DNA of 64,000 bases from Gemmatimonadota bacterium. Its GTDB lineage: Bacteria; Gemmatimonadota; Gemmatimonadetes; Palauibacterales; Palauibacteraceae. How positions within the stretch are numbered: the first letter of the stretch is position 1; every line of letters begins with the position of its first letter. Positions 1 to 9,397 of the stretch are shown here, piece by piece. The position numbers and the translations under genes are program-made. The stretch covers positions 3,328,001 to 3,392,000 of the forward strand of contig OZ220691.1 in assembly GCA_965116475.1 (NCBI GenBank). Reading direction: 5' to 3'. A model generated the notes under the pieces. That model made no database searches. It saw only the letters and a program-made list of their open reading frames with translations, and was not told the origin of the DNA.

Positions 1-547
1 CCGGCCACGCGGTCTCGATCTCGCGCGCCGCGCGGTCCAGGATCGACTTCACCCTTGCGAGCGTCTCCGGATCGCCCTGTCCGCCCGTCGCCCGCTCGAA
101 ACTCACCTGGGCGAGGTGGATGAACGAGCGCGTCACGTCGCGCATCGCGGACCCGGCGAAGCGCTCGCCCATGTTGACGAAGCGGCCGAAGATGTCGCGG
201 GTGCGGGACCGGTGCTCCTCGAGGAAGTCGCGGCCCGATGACGTCAGCCGGTAGACGCGCTTCCCGTCCTCCTGCGTCGACGACACGTACCCCTGGTCCT
301 CGAGCAGCTGCAGGGTGGGGTAGACGGAGCCCGGGCTGGGCGTGTAGAGGCCGCCGGACTCCTCCTCCAGCCGCCGCATCAGTTCGTAGCCGTGCATGGG
401 TTCGTCCGAGAGGAGGCGGAGGAGGACGAACTTCAGCTCCCCCTTCCGGACCACGCGCCGGTTCCCGCCGACCCCCCCGCCGAAACGAAACACGCCGGGG
501 CCGCAACAGTTTGCCCAGGCGCCGAATCCATCCTTGCTGGTGAACAT
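1..547 (-). CDS. PadR-family transcriptional regulator (3' end runs off the window)
   Basis: Not in the ORF track. Manual translation from ATG 547: MFTSKDGFGAWANCCG...GELKFVLLRLLSDEPMHGYELMRRLEEESGGLYTPSPGSVYPTLQLLEDQGYV, a classic PadR winged helix. AGGGG RBS upstream. Confidence 0.9.
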   Translation of the reverse strand, partial: MFTSKDGFGAWANCCGPGVFRFGGGVGGNRRVVRKGELKFVLLRLLSDEPMHGYELMRRLEEESGGLYTPSPGSVYPTLQLLEDQGYVSSTQEDGKRVYRLTSSGRDFLEEHRSRTRDIFGRFVNMGERFAGSAMRDVTRSFIHLAQVSFERATGGQGDPETLARVKSILDRAAREIETAWP

Positions 548-573
548 GTATCCCCTCTCGCTTCCGACCGGTC

Positions 574-606
574 TCGATATATCGAAATACTATCCGATAT
601 ATCGGA
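574..606. promoter_or_regulatory. Tandem palindromic operator upstream of PadR gene
   Basis: TCGATATATCGA (574-585) and TCCGATATATCGGA (593-606), centres 20 bp apart, AT-rich in a GC-rich background. Confidence 0.75.
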
Positions 607-663
607 ACGATGCAAGGGGAAGACGCGCGAGGACGGGCGTACGACGGGGTCAGCTTGTGGCGG

Positions 664-1401
664 TCAGCTTGTGGCGGAAGGGGGCTCCCAAAGCTCGACC
701 CAGGCTCCGAGCGGGTCGAGGATCCAGGCGAACTTCCCGTACTCGTACGCTTCCCGCTTCGGGTCGACCCAGACGCCCCGCGCCTCCAGCGACTCGACGA
801 GTGCGTCGAGGCTCCTGACCCGCAGGTTGAGCATGAAGGGGTGGGGACTGCTCTCGCCCCGCGAATCGAAGTAGGTCGAATCCGCCGGAAAGACCTCCCA
901 CACCGTGAGGGTCTCCGAATCGTCCACCGTGCGGGCCGGAAAGGTCACGTAACCGTCGGCGCCCGGCCGGATCCCGACCTTCTCGTACCACGCCTTGCTG
1001 GCGCCCGGGTCGGGGGAACGGAAGAAGACGCCCCCGATGCCCTCGACGGCACGGTGATCGGCCGCTGGCTCGGCGGAGGGCGTCAACTCCGCGAATTCCG
1101 CCTTCCATCCGTCGGGGTCCAGGATCCAGTCGCGCCCCTCGAGCGGATCGGCCCCCGGGTCGCGGTCGCGCACGAGGTAACGGATCACGAACGGCTGCGA
1201 GCCGGGCTCGAAGCGGGCCGAGGCCTCATCGAGAAAATCGAGTTCGCTGGCGGCGACGGTTCCGCTGTCGGGGTGCGTCCACGCGAACCGGGCGCCGCCC
1301 TCATCGGGGAAGCGGAGGTCGAGGTGGCGGCGGTACCAGTCGCGGACCCGGCCGGGCTCGGAGCAGGCGACGTAGAGCCCGCCGATGCCGGCGACGTTCA
1401 T
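664..1401 (-). CDS. VOC/glyoxalase family protein, two VOC domains
   Basis: Repeated (V/A)xGIGGxxx motifs, NLRVRSLDAL, YEYGKFAWILDPLGAWVELWEP; 4-bp overlap with upstream SDR. Confidence 0.8.
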   Translation of the reverse strand: MNVAGIGGLYVACSEPGRVRDWYRRHLDLRFPDEGGARFAWTHPDSGTVAASELDFLDEASARFEPGSQPFVIRYLVRDRDPGADPLEGRDWILDPDGWKAEFAELTPSAEPAADHRAVEGIGGVFFRSPDPGASKAWYEKVGIRPGADGYVTFPARTVDDSETLTVWEVFPADSTYFDSRGESSPHPFMLNLRVRSLDALVESLEARGVWVDPKREAYEYGKFAWILDPLGAWVELWEPPSATS

Positions 1402-2177
1402 CCGCCGTCGCGGTGGAAGTGGTGTACGCTCCCCTGGGATTTCCCGAACACGACGACGTCGGCCAGGTTGACGTGGGGCGGGGCGTTCACGACGTAGGAC
1501 ACGACCTCGGCGACATCCGCCGGAGTGAGCGGCTCGACCCCCTCGTACACGGCGCGCGCCCGGTCCTCGTCGCCCTTGAAACGCACGAGCGAGAACTCCG
1601 TCTCGACGAGCCCGGGGTGGACGCCCGACACGCGGACGCCGGTGCCGAGGACATCGAGGTTCGTCCCCTCGGTGATCGCCTGCACGGCGTACTTCGTGGC
1701 GGCGTAGACGCTCCCGCCGGGATAGACCTGTCGCCCCGTGATGCTGCCGATGTTGACGACCTGTCCCGAGTCGCGTTCGACCATGGCGGGGAGGAAGGCG
1801 CGCGTCACGTAGAGGAGCCCCTTCACGTTCGTGTCGATCATCCGGTCCCAGTCGTCGACCTCGGCGTCGTGCACGAGCGCCATGCCCGCGGCGAGGCCGG
1901 CGTTGTTGACGAGGATGTCGGGGGCTCCGAGCCGGGCGGCGAGCCCTTCCGCCGCGCCCCGGACCGCGTCACGGTCGCGGATGTCGACGACGCCGGTGTC
2001 CACCGCGACCCCGCTCCCCGCCGCGATCTCTTCCGCGAGGCGGGTGAGCCGCTCCTCCCGGCGCGCCCAGAGCACGAGGTTCGCGCCGTCGGCGGCCAGG
2101 CGGCGGGCGATGGCCTCGCCGATCCCCGAACTCGCCCCCGTGACGAGCGCACGCTGTCCCGCGATGCGGGCGGTCAC
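1398..2177 (-). CDS. SDR oxidoreductase, YdfG-like 3-hydroxy acid dehydrogenase
   Basis: TGASSGIG, NNAG, YAATK catalytic motif; GTG 2177 overlaps the upstream stop (GTGA). Confidence 0.9.
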   Translation of the reverse strand: MTARIAGQRALVTGASSGIGEAIARRLAADGANLVLWARREERLTRLAEEIAAGSGVAVDTGVVDIRDRDAVRGAAEGLAARLGAPDILVNNAGLAAGMALVHDAEVDDWDRMIDTNVKGLLYVTRAFLPAMVERDSGQVVNIGSITGRQVYPGGSVYAATKYAVQAITEGTNLDVLGTGVRVSGVHPGLVETEFSLVRFKGDEDRARAVYEGVEPLTPADVAEVVSYVVNAPPHVNLADVVVFGKSQGSVHHFHRDGG

Positions 2178-4300
2178 GGCTTCGCGCCGCCCGCGGCCGG
2201 AGCCCGTCGCAGGTGTGCGTCCATGAACTCGGCGGACCGCTCGAAGGCGGTGACCCAGTTCCGGTGCAGGAGGAAGCCGTGGACCTCGTCCGGGAAGACG
2301 AGCTGCTCGACCTCGACGCCCCGCTTCCGAAGCGACTCGATCAGGTCCACGGACTCCGAGAACGGCACGTTGCGGTCGTCGTCGCCATGGATCAGCAGCA
2401 CCGGGGAACGCCAGCCGTCGATCCACGCCATCGGCGAGGACTCGAACGCGAGCCGGGCGAAGGCCTCGCGCGTCTCCGGCTGGTAGGACGGGACGAAATT
2501 CCGGATGACCATGTTCCAGTCGTGGACGCCGTGGATATCCACGCCCGCGGCGAAGAGATCCGAATTCCGCGCGAGGCCGAGCGCCGTGAGGAAGCCGCCG
2601 TATGAGCCGCCCCACAGCCCGACCCGGGAGGCGTCCACGTCGTCCCGCTCCGCGAGGAAGCGGGCCGCGGCGACGACGTCACGGTACTCGCTCGCGCCCC
2701 GGGCGCCGTAGTTCAGCGCCTCCCTGAACTCCAGCCCGTAGCCGGTGCCGCTGCGATAGTTCACGGAGAGCACGACGTAGCCGCGGCTCGCCAGGTACTG
2801 GTTGAGGGCGTACGCGTTGTGGTAGTAGCGCATGTAGTGCCAGCCGAGGAGCATCTGCCGCCGCGACCCGCCGTGGAAGAAGACCGCCGCCGGGTGGCGT
2901 CCGCCCTCCACCGACAGGGGCGGAAGGAAGAGTTGCCCATGGATCAGGATCCCATCCTCGGACTCGAACGTCACCTGCCGCGGCTCCACGAGGCTTTCGA
3001 ACGGGAAGGCGTCGGGCATGAACCCGTCGACCAGCGGACGCCGCTCTCCCCCTGCGTCCAACTCGGCGTGGGCCGGCGTGCGACCGTCGGTGGCGAGGTA
3101 GGCGAGCGCCCCGTCGGGAGTGACCGCGGGGTTCCACTCGATGCCGTTCCCCGATGTCAGCGCCTCGGGCTCGCCATCGGCCGTGACCCGCCAGACGTGC
3201 CGGCGATCGATGTCGTCCGCATTCGAGACGTAGTAGACGGACGCCCCATCCGGCGCCGGGAGCACGGACTCGACTTCGAACTCTCCCGGCGTGAGGTGCG
3301 TGGCGGCGCCTCCCGCGACGGGAACGGAATAGAGCTGGTGCCAGCCTTCGCGTTCCCACGGAAATACGAGCCGGTCCGACGCGAGCCAGATCAGCGAGGG
3401 TCCGGTCATGGCCTGGAAGGCGCTCCCGCGGCCGGGCGCAGCCCGCCACACCTCCCGCGCCTCCCCGGTGGCGGCATCCGCGAGCCGGATCGACCACGGC
3501 AGGGCGCTGCGGAGCGGCGTGAAGGGCAGCTGCGCCCCCTCGTTGGGGACGCGGATGAACGCGAGGGCCGTCCCGTCCGGCGACCATGTGGGGCTGCCGT
3601 CGCGATCCAGGCTCGGATCGAGGTAGCGGACCTCCCCCTCGTCCAGCGAGAAGACGCCCACGAAGGTGTGATCTCCGCGGTTGCTGACGAAGGCGAGCCG
3701 GCCCCCGTCCGGGGACCACGCCAGCGACCCCGCGCTCCCGCGGATGCGGAGCAGCGGACCGGGGGGCGCCGAGCCATCGAGCGTGAGCGTGAAGATCTGA
3801 CCGCGGTTCAGAAAGGCGATCGTGCGTCCGTCCGGAGAGATGGCCGGGGAACCCCCCTCGGCGAGAGGCCGCGAGGCGCCGTCGAGCCCCGCGACCCACA
3901 CCATCTGCGTCGCCGGCTCGGGGTCGGAGCGCGGGTTCGGAATCTCGCCCGCCCGGTTCGGCCCGCCTCCGCGCACGAAGAGAACCTGACGGCCGTCGGG
4001 CGTGAACCGCAGCTGGGACAGGTCCTGGCCGTCGTCCTCGGTCCAGTTGGTGAGCTGGCGGCCCACGTACTCCGGGCCCTCGGCGATCCAGATGTTGCGG
4101 ACGCCCCGATCGTACCGAACCCAGGCGAACGCGGCGCCGGTCGGGGCGGCGATCAGGTCCGTGGCGAAAGGCGCGGAGAGGATGTCTTCGACCGAATACG
4201 GGCTCTGCGCCGAGGCCGCGGCCGGAGCGAGGGGGGCGAGGAGCCCCAGGAGGCCGGCCGCCCACATCCGTCCGCGCCCCGCCACGGCCGGCGGGCTCAC
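2174..4300 (-). CDS. S9 family peptidase (dipeptidyl/acylaminoacyl peptidase) with signal peptide
   Basis: WSPDG propeller repeats, GGSYGG nucleophile, HGDDDRNV Asp, DEVH His; signal ...LAPAAASAQ. Start GTG 4300 or ATG 4267. Confidence 0.9.
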   Translation of the reverse strand: MSPPAVAGRGRMWAAGLLGLLAPLAPAAASAQSPYSVEDILSAPFATDLIAAPTGAAFAWVRYDRGVRNIWIAEGPEYVGRQLTNWTEDDGQDLSQLRFTPDGRQVLFVRGGGPNRAGEIPNPRSDPEPATQMVWVAGLDGASRPLAEGGSPAISPDGRTIAFLNRGQIFTLTLDGSAPPGPLLRIRGSAGSLAWSPDGGRLAFVSNRGDHTFVGVFSLDEGEVRYLDPSLDRDGSPTWSPDGTALAFIRVPNEGAQLPFTPLRSALPWSIRLADAATGEAREVWRAAPGRGSAFQAMTGPSLIWLASDRLVFPWEREGWHQLYSVPVAGGAATHLTPGEFEVESVLPAPDGASVYYVSNADDIDRRHVWRVTADGEPEALTSGNGIEWNPAVTPDGALAYLATDGRTPAHAELDAGGERRPLVDGFMPDAFPFESLVEPRQVTFESEDGILIHGQLFLPPLSVEGGRHPAAVFFHGGSRRQMLLGWHYMRYYHNAYALNQYLASRGYVVLSVNYRSGTGYGLEFREALNYGARGASEYRDVVAAARFLAERDDVDASRVGLWGGSYGGFLTALGLARNSDLFAAGVDIHGVHDWNMVIRNFVPSYQPETREAFARLAFESSPMAWIDGWRSPVLLIHGDDDRNVPFSESVDLIESLRKRGVEVEQLVFPDEVHGFLLHRNWVTAFERSAEFMDAHLRRAPAAGGAKP

Positions 4301-4301
4301 G

Positions 4302-5117
4302 TCACCGGTTCCGGCGCAGTACATAGAAGCACCGGTTCGCCGAGGGATTTCTGACAAGGCTCTCCACCGCATATCCCCTCCTGAGATAGGCCAGGAACGC
4401 GTCCCGCACCGTTTCGCGCCACCGTACGAGCGACCCGTCGGGCGGCAGCGATTCGACATCCGCCGGAACTTCGACGAAGACCTCGTCGCCCCCGGGCAGT
4501 CCGCCGTCCGCCGCGCCGTGTCCTCCCGGCCGGGGCACGACACGCGCCGGCTCCGGAAGCGGCGCGTGGAGCCGGCGGGCCGAGCGCCGGGGCCCCGCGT
4601 CGAGGGCCCGGCGGGTCTCCGGGCCGTCGAGATCCCAGCGCACGATGAAGCGGTCGGTTTCGCCGCCGCCATGCAAGGGGCTCCCCGTATCGGCGCCGTA
4701 CATGTTCGGTGCGTAGCGAAGCACCGTCGCGCCGAGCCGGTTCAGGTTCAAGTGCGCGTTGCGCGCCACCATCGGGTCGAACGTCCAGAAGATGGTGCGG
4801 ATGCCGCCGGACCGGACAGACTCCCGCTGGAAGAGTTTCAGGTCGCGGCCCAGGCCCCGTCCGCGCGCGGAGGGTTCGACCGCCAGCATGTGGGACCAGT
4901 GAGACGGGATGCCCTCGAACCGCCCGAGAAGGGAATAGACGAAGCCGATCATGCGCCCATCCTCGAAGGCCCCCCCGGTGAAGCCGCCGATCTTCCGCGA
5001 GACCTGGAGGACGGAAGCGGGAACGATGTCGGAGAACCCTTTCCCCCACGTCATCTCCTGGAGCCGTACGCACGTGCGCCACTCGTCGAGCGTCTCGAGG
5101 GCGCGAAACGCCATCAC
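4302..5117 (-). CDS. GNAT acyltransferase (putative D-amino acid N-succinyltransferase)
   Basis: HWSHMLAV, RGRGLGRDLK acyl-CoA motif, WTFDPMVARNAHLN, TDRF..W; coupled to the NSAR gene. Confidence 0.8.
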   Translation of the reverse strand: MMAFRALETLDEWRTCVRLQEMTWGKGFSDIVPASVLQVSRKIGGFTGGAFEDGRMIGFVYSLLGRFEGIPSHWSHMLAVEPSARGRGLGRDLKLFQRESVRSGGIRTIFWTFDPMVARNAHLNLNRLGATVLRYAPNMYGADTGSPLHGGGETDRFIVRWDLDGPETRRALDAGPRRSARRLHAPLPEPARVVPRPGGHGAADGGLPGGDEVFVEVPADVESLPPDGSLVRWRETVRDAFLAYLRRGYAVESLVRNPSANRCFYVLRRNR

Positions 5118-6271
5118 GCCGGGACGCGGGCGTCACCGGCGGCGACCGTCTCGCTCCGCCGCGTGAGCGCCTCCACGCGCTCGATGTCCACCTCCACGCC
5201 CAGCCCCGGCCGGTCGCGCGGTACCGTCACCAGGCCGTCCGCGCTCATCGTCCACTCGGGAGTGACGATGTCGCGTTCCCAGTAGCGGGCGCTCGGCGAC
5301 AGGTCGCCGGGAAGCCGGAAGTTCGGCATCGAAGCCAGCGCGACGTTGTAGGCCCGCCCGATCCCGCTCTCGAGCATCCCCCCGCACCACACCGGCACCC
5401 CGGCCCGCGCCGAGATGTCGTGGATCTCGCGGGAGTTCCGGAACCCGCCGACCCGGCCCGGCTTGATGTTCACGATCCGCCCGCTGCCGAGCGCCAGCAT
5501 GTCCTCGCACGACGCCGGGTCCACGATCGACTCGTCAAGGCAGACGGGGGTGGCGAGCCGCTCCTGGAGCCGGGCGTGGCGCACGAGGTCGCCCGCCGCC
5601 AGCGGCTGCTCGATCATGATGAGACCGAACGCGTCGAGTTCCGCGAGGCGGTCCGCGTCTTCCAGCGTGTAGGCCGCGTTCGCGTCGACCGCGAGCGCCC
5701 GGTCGGGCCCGAGCGCCTCGCGCACCGCCGCGACGTACTCGACGTCCTTTGCGGGGCTGATCTTGAGCTTGATCTTGCCGTAACCCTGCTCGACCGCCTG
5801 CCGCGCCTTCTCGACGAGCGCGGCGGGCGAGGGCTGGAGGCCGAGGGAGATGCCTGTCGCCACGCGGTCGCGCGTCCCTCCGACGAGTTCGGACAGGGAG
5901 ATGCCGCCGACCTCGGCGCTCAGGCCCCAGATCCCCATCTCGATCGCGGCCTTGGCCATGGGGTGACCCTGAACGCCCTCATCCAGCAGCGGCCTCACGG
6001 CCCCCGGGCTCTCGATCGTGCGCCCCAGCACCCGCGGCAGGAGCCAGCGCCGCAGCGCCAGCCGCGCCGTGTCCACGGTCTCGGGAGAATAGTTCGGCTG
6101 CTCCCCGCACACGCACTCCGACCAGGCCGTGGCGCCGCTCTCGTCGCGGAGTTCGAGGAGGAGGATCCGGCGATTCTCGACCCATCCGGATGAGATGATG
6201 AACCGCTCCCGGAGCGGAAGTTCGATCTCCCGAAGCGTCACTTCGACCAGGTTCAGGGGGCTTGTCGGCAA
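5114..6271 (-). CDS. menC: o-succinylbenzoate synthase / N-succinylamino acid racemase (enolase superfamily)
   Basis: KLK, DAN, EQP, DES, NIKPGRVGG, CGGMLESG, PGDLS motifs. TTG start 6271 after GGAG is inferred. Confidence 0.85.
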   Translation of the reverse strand: MPTSPLNLVEVTLREIELPLRERFIISSGWVENRRILLLELRDESGATAWSECVCGEQPNYSPETVDTARLALRRWLLPRVLGRTIESPGAVRPLLDEGVQGHPMAKAAIEMGIWGLSAEVGGISLSELVGGTRDRVATGISLGLQPSPAALVEKARQAVEQGYGKIKLKISPAKDVEYVAAVREALGPDRALAVDANAAYTLEDADRLAELDAFGLIMIEQPLAAGDLVRHARLQERLATPVCLDESIVDPASCEDMLALGSGRIVNIKPGRVGGFRNSREIHDISARAGVPVWCGGMLESGIGRAYNVALASMPNFRLPGDLSPSARYWERDIVTPEWTMSADGLVTVPRDRPGLGVEVDIERVEALTRRSETVAAGDARVPA

Positions 6272-6320
6272 GGCGTTCGTCTCCGCGCGGCAGGGGAGGC
6301 GGGACGTTAGCCGTTGCGAC

Positions 6321-6357
6321 ACCGGTCGCGCCAGAATCCGGGCCGGGCGCGACCGGT
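6321..6357. terminator. 12-bp inverted repeat hairpin after the DUF5916 gene
   Basis: ACCGGTCGCGCC-13nt-GGCGCGACCGGT; no U-tract. Confidence 0.4.
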
Positions 6358-6376
6358 CGAACCGGGAGGCGCCCGG

Positions 6377-9175
6377 TCAGATGGAGAGGTAGTGGCTCAC
6401 CTTGACGATGAAGACGTTCTCCGCCGGCGCCATCCACAGCCCCTCGAGATCCCGGTTGAGATCGAAGTTGCCGAGCAGCACGCTCTCCCGGCGCGCGTGC
6501 TGCCACACGAGGAAGAGTTCGGAACCCGGGCGATATTCCCAGCGGAACACCGCGTTGCCTCGCAGCGAGCGGATGTTGAAATCGCGATCCCGGGTCGAGT
6601 AGTCCAGTTCGCCGTCGCCGTTGAAGTCGAAGTAGCGTACGCCGTCGAAGGCGCACGTCGCTCCGTCCGTGCATCCGGTGACGACGCCGTCGAAGCGGTA
6701 GGCCCGCCCTTCGGCATAGTCCACGAAATCGAACGTCCCGGCGGCCGCGAGTTGCCGGTAGCCCCGGTAGTCGCCCGACGTGAGCAGCGGCTGCGCGTAG
6801 AGCTGCAGGCTGAGATCGGGCGTGAACGACACGTTGAGGCGCGTTTCCATCGAGAACCCGGTCCGCTGGAGATCGCCGAACAGGTACCGGTCGCCGTACG
6901 TCGGCGCGTACGCCAGCGCGGTCGACCGGGTCACGTACTGGGCTCCGTCCCGCCTGTCGTTGTAGTTGGGACTCAGCGACACCCGCCAGTTCGGAAGCGG
7001 ACGGTAGGAGATGTTCACGCCCGTGCTCATGTCGTGACCGCGCCCCTGCGCCGCGACCCGGTACGAGAAACGCGGCGACACGTGGAACGACCGGCTCCGG
7101 TCCGTGTTCGCGTCCACCCGGACATTGAACTCCGCGGGCTCGGTCATGAGCGGGCCGCCGCGGGTCTGCGTATCGGACTGGGATTCCGGCGAGTACGAGA
7201 AGTTGAGGTTGAAGGCCCAGTTGTTGAGGAAGGTGAACCGGCCGCTCATCCACGCGGCGCCCGTGTCGTAGGAGCGGCGCAGGTGGTCCGGCCCCCACTC
7301 CTTCTCGAGCAGCGAATGACGGAAGTTGTGGTAGGTGAAGAGGCTGATGTTGTAGTTGCGGAAAAGGCTGCCCGGTCTGATCTCCCGGTACCCAATGCGA
7401 CCTCCCACGTCGAGCCGTTCACCGGTGGTCAGGAAGCCGAAGTCGTTGACCTCGAAGCCGGGGGTCTGCTGGCCCGCCCAGGTGCCCCACGTCCAGTGTT
7501 CGCCCTCCTTCTCGAGCTGCACCCGCCAGTCGCTCCCGAACATGGAGGTGGCCGTGGAGTCGACGGCCAGGTACGTGGCGTCGGGGCGCTGGAAATAGTG
7601 GGTCGGATTGCGTTGCAGCCGCATGAGCGCATCGCTCGAACCCTGGACCAGGCTGCCCGAGTAGAACCCCCACAGGCGGTAGTCGCGGCCGCGGCGTCCG
7701 CCCCACTGGTGCTCGAAATCGAGGCCGAAACTGAACGCCTCCGAGGGGAGGAAGTCGAACGATCCGTCGCCCGGCAGTTCCCGCTTCAGCCCGGTGCCGA
7801 TGACGCCGACCTTGCTCGCGCCGCCGCGGAAGTCCTGCTGGAGCCTCACGACCGCATGCTCCGCCTGGGGCTCGGCGACGAACCGTCCGAGGGAATCCGC
7901 CTGCGAAAAATACGCCTGCCCCATCTCCTGTCCGGTGACGGCCGCCAGCGCCCCGACGGAGAGACCGCTCTGCGTCCGGCCGGTGAGCTTCGCCGCCCCC
8001 AGGATCGACGTCAGGTGGGGTTCGGCGTGAAAGTCCGCGTCGTAGGGTCCGGATCCCCGCGGTTCCCGCCCGATCCGGCGACTGAAGAAGAGCGCCTTCC
8101 CACCGCCGAAGCGGCCGCCGCGCGAGCCGGCGAAGGTGAAGATCTGCGCGTCGCGCACGAAGAAGGGGCGCTTCTCCGGGAAGAAGGTCTCGAACGCCGT
8201 CAGGTTGATGACCTCCGGGTCTACCTCGACCTGGCCGAAGTCGGGGTAGATCGTCGCATCGAGGCTGAACGCGGAGCCGATCCCCATGCTCATGTCGAGG
8301 CCGCCGCGGGGCTCCATCTCGGTGCCGTCGAACAGCGGGTTCCCCGGCGTCGCGGGCGCCGTGTGATACTGGGACACGGCGAAGGGCCGGACCTCGAACC
8401 TCCGGCTCGACCGCGGGAGCTGCAGCCCGTCGATCGTGCCGAACTGGCTGACCCGCCCCCGGGCCGTGCGCGACTGCAGCGCGAAGTAGTCCGTCTCGTT
8501 CGTCTCGAGCCGCCGGCGCTCGAAGTTGATGCCCCAGGTCTGCATGCCGGGGCGCGCTTCGTAGCGGATCTGGGAGAGCGGGATCCGCATCTCCACCGTC
8601 CACCCCCGGTCGTCGACCTGCACGGCGGAGTCCCAGATCGCGTCCCAGTTCGTGTCTTCCTGGGTATCGCCGAACAGGTACCGGTCCGTCTCCGCCCCCG
8701 CGGCGCTGACCTCGAACTCGTAGCCGGTCAGCCCGTCCCGGTTGGGATCGAGCGAGAGCTTGAAGGAATCGAAGGAACCGCGTTCATCCCGGCGGGTGAG
8801 GCGCGCCCGGATCACACCCGGGTCGCTCTCGTACATGCGGGCGGCGACATATATCGCGCCGTCGTCGAACACGACCCGCACCTCGGTCGGTTCGGAGGGC
8901 TCGGCGCCCTCCAGCGGCACGCCCTGGACGAAGTCGGTGATGATGGGGGCCGGCTGCCACGCCGGGTCGTCGAGCCGGCCGTCGATCGAGAGCGCGCCCT
9001 CTCGGCGCACCGCGTCCACGGCCGCCGGCGCCACGCCGCCCCGGAAGACGGTCGCCGCGGGTCCTTCGGGCGGCGAGAGCCCCTCCTGTTGCCCGTGAAG
9101 CCCCCACCCCGTCCCGCTTATCGCAAGAGCCGCGAGGGCGATCGCCGCGCGGCCCGCTCCATGTCTGAATCTCAT
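6377..9175 (-). CDS. CBM9-like sugar-binding domain + DUF5916 secreted/outer-membrane protein
   Basis: IDGRLDDPAW, WTVEMRIPLSQIRY, PDFGQVEVDP..INL..FE.FFPEKRPFF, FFSRRIG, AAKLTG; signal peptide. Confidence 0.85.
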   Translation of the reverse strand: MRFRHGAGRAAIALAALAISGTGWGLHGQQEGLSPPEGPAATVFRGGVAPAAVDAVRREGALSIDGRLDDPAWQPAPIITDFVQGVPLEGAEPSEPTEVRVVFDDGAIYVAARMYESDPGVIRARLTRRDERGSFDSFKLSLDPNRDGLTGYEFEVSAAGAETDRYLFGDTQEDTNWDAIWDSAVQVDDRGWTVEMRIPLSQIRYEARPGMQTWGINFERRRLETNETDYFALQSRTARGRVSQFGTIDGLQLPRSSRRFEVRPFAVSQYHTAPATPGNPLFDGTEMEPRGGLDMSMGIGSAFSLDATIYPDFGQVEVDPEVINLTAFETFFPEKRPFFVRDAQIFTFAGSRGGRFGGGKALFFSRRIGREPRGSGPYDADFHAEPHLTSILGAAKLTGRTQSGLSVGALAAVTGQEMGQAYFSQADSLGRFVAEPQAEHAVVRLQQDFRGGASKVGVIGTGLKRELPGDGSFDFLPSEAFSFGLDFEHQWGGRRGRDYRLWGFYSGSLVQGSSDALMRLQRNPTHYFQRPDATYLAVDSTATSMFGSDWRVQLEKEGEHWTWGTWAGQQTPGFEVNDFGFLTTGERLDVGGRIGYREIRPGSLFRNYNISLFTYHNFRHSLLEKEWGPDHLRRSYDTGAAWMSGRFTFLNNWAFNLNFSYSPESQSDTQTRGGPLMTEPAEFNVRVDANTDRSRSFHVSPRFSYRVAAQGRGHDMSTGVNISYRPLPNWRVSLSPNYNDRRDGAQYVTRSTALAYAPTYGDRYLFGDLQRTGFSMETRLNVSFTPDLSLQLYAQPLLTSGDYRGYRQLAAAGTFDFVDYAEGRAYRFDGVVTGCTDGATCAFDGVRYFDFNGDGELDYSTRDRDFNIRSLRGNAVFRWEYRPGSELFLVWQHARRESVLLGNFDLNRDLEGLWMAPAENVFIVKVSHYLSI

Positions 9176-9300
9176 ACCAGCCGAAACACGTCCCGCCGTC
9201 CTGTTGTTTAAGCCCGCGCGTCAGCCCGCGCGAAGCTTGCGCGCGCAAAGTTTCCCATCCGCGGCGCGCGCGCTAGTTTTGCTCCGCCGGCGTGGGCCGG

Positions 9301-9350
9301 ACGTGGTGATTTGAGGCGGATTGCAACCACGTAAAACAATCGCTAAAGAG
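9301..9350 (+). ncRNA. SAM-II (SAM_alpha-type) riboswitch aptamer
   Basis: ACGUGGU/ACCACGU P1, GUGAUUUG loop, UUGCA, 3' AAUCGCUAAAG pseudoknot partner; lies upstream of metH. Confidence 0.9.
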
Positions 9351-9354
9351 CCAC

Positions 9355-9393
9355 GCCCCGGGCGCGACTCTTTGGCGACCGGGGTCTTTTTTT
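9355..9393 (+). terminator. Intrinsic terminator (riboswitch expression platform)
   Basis: GCCCCGG(G)CGC...GCG(A)CCGGGGU stem followed by CUUUUUUU. Confidence 0.8.
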
Positions 9394-9397
9394 CGGG

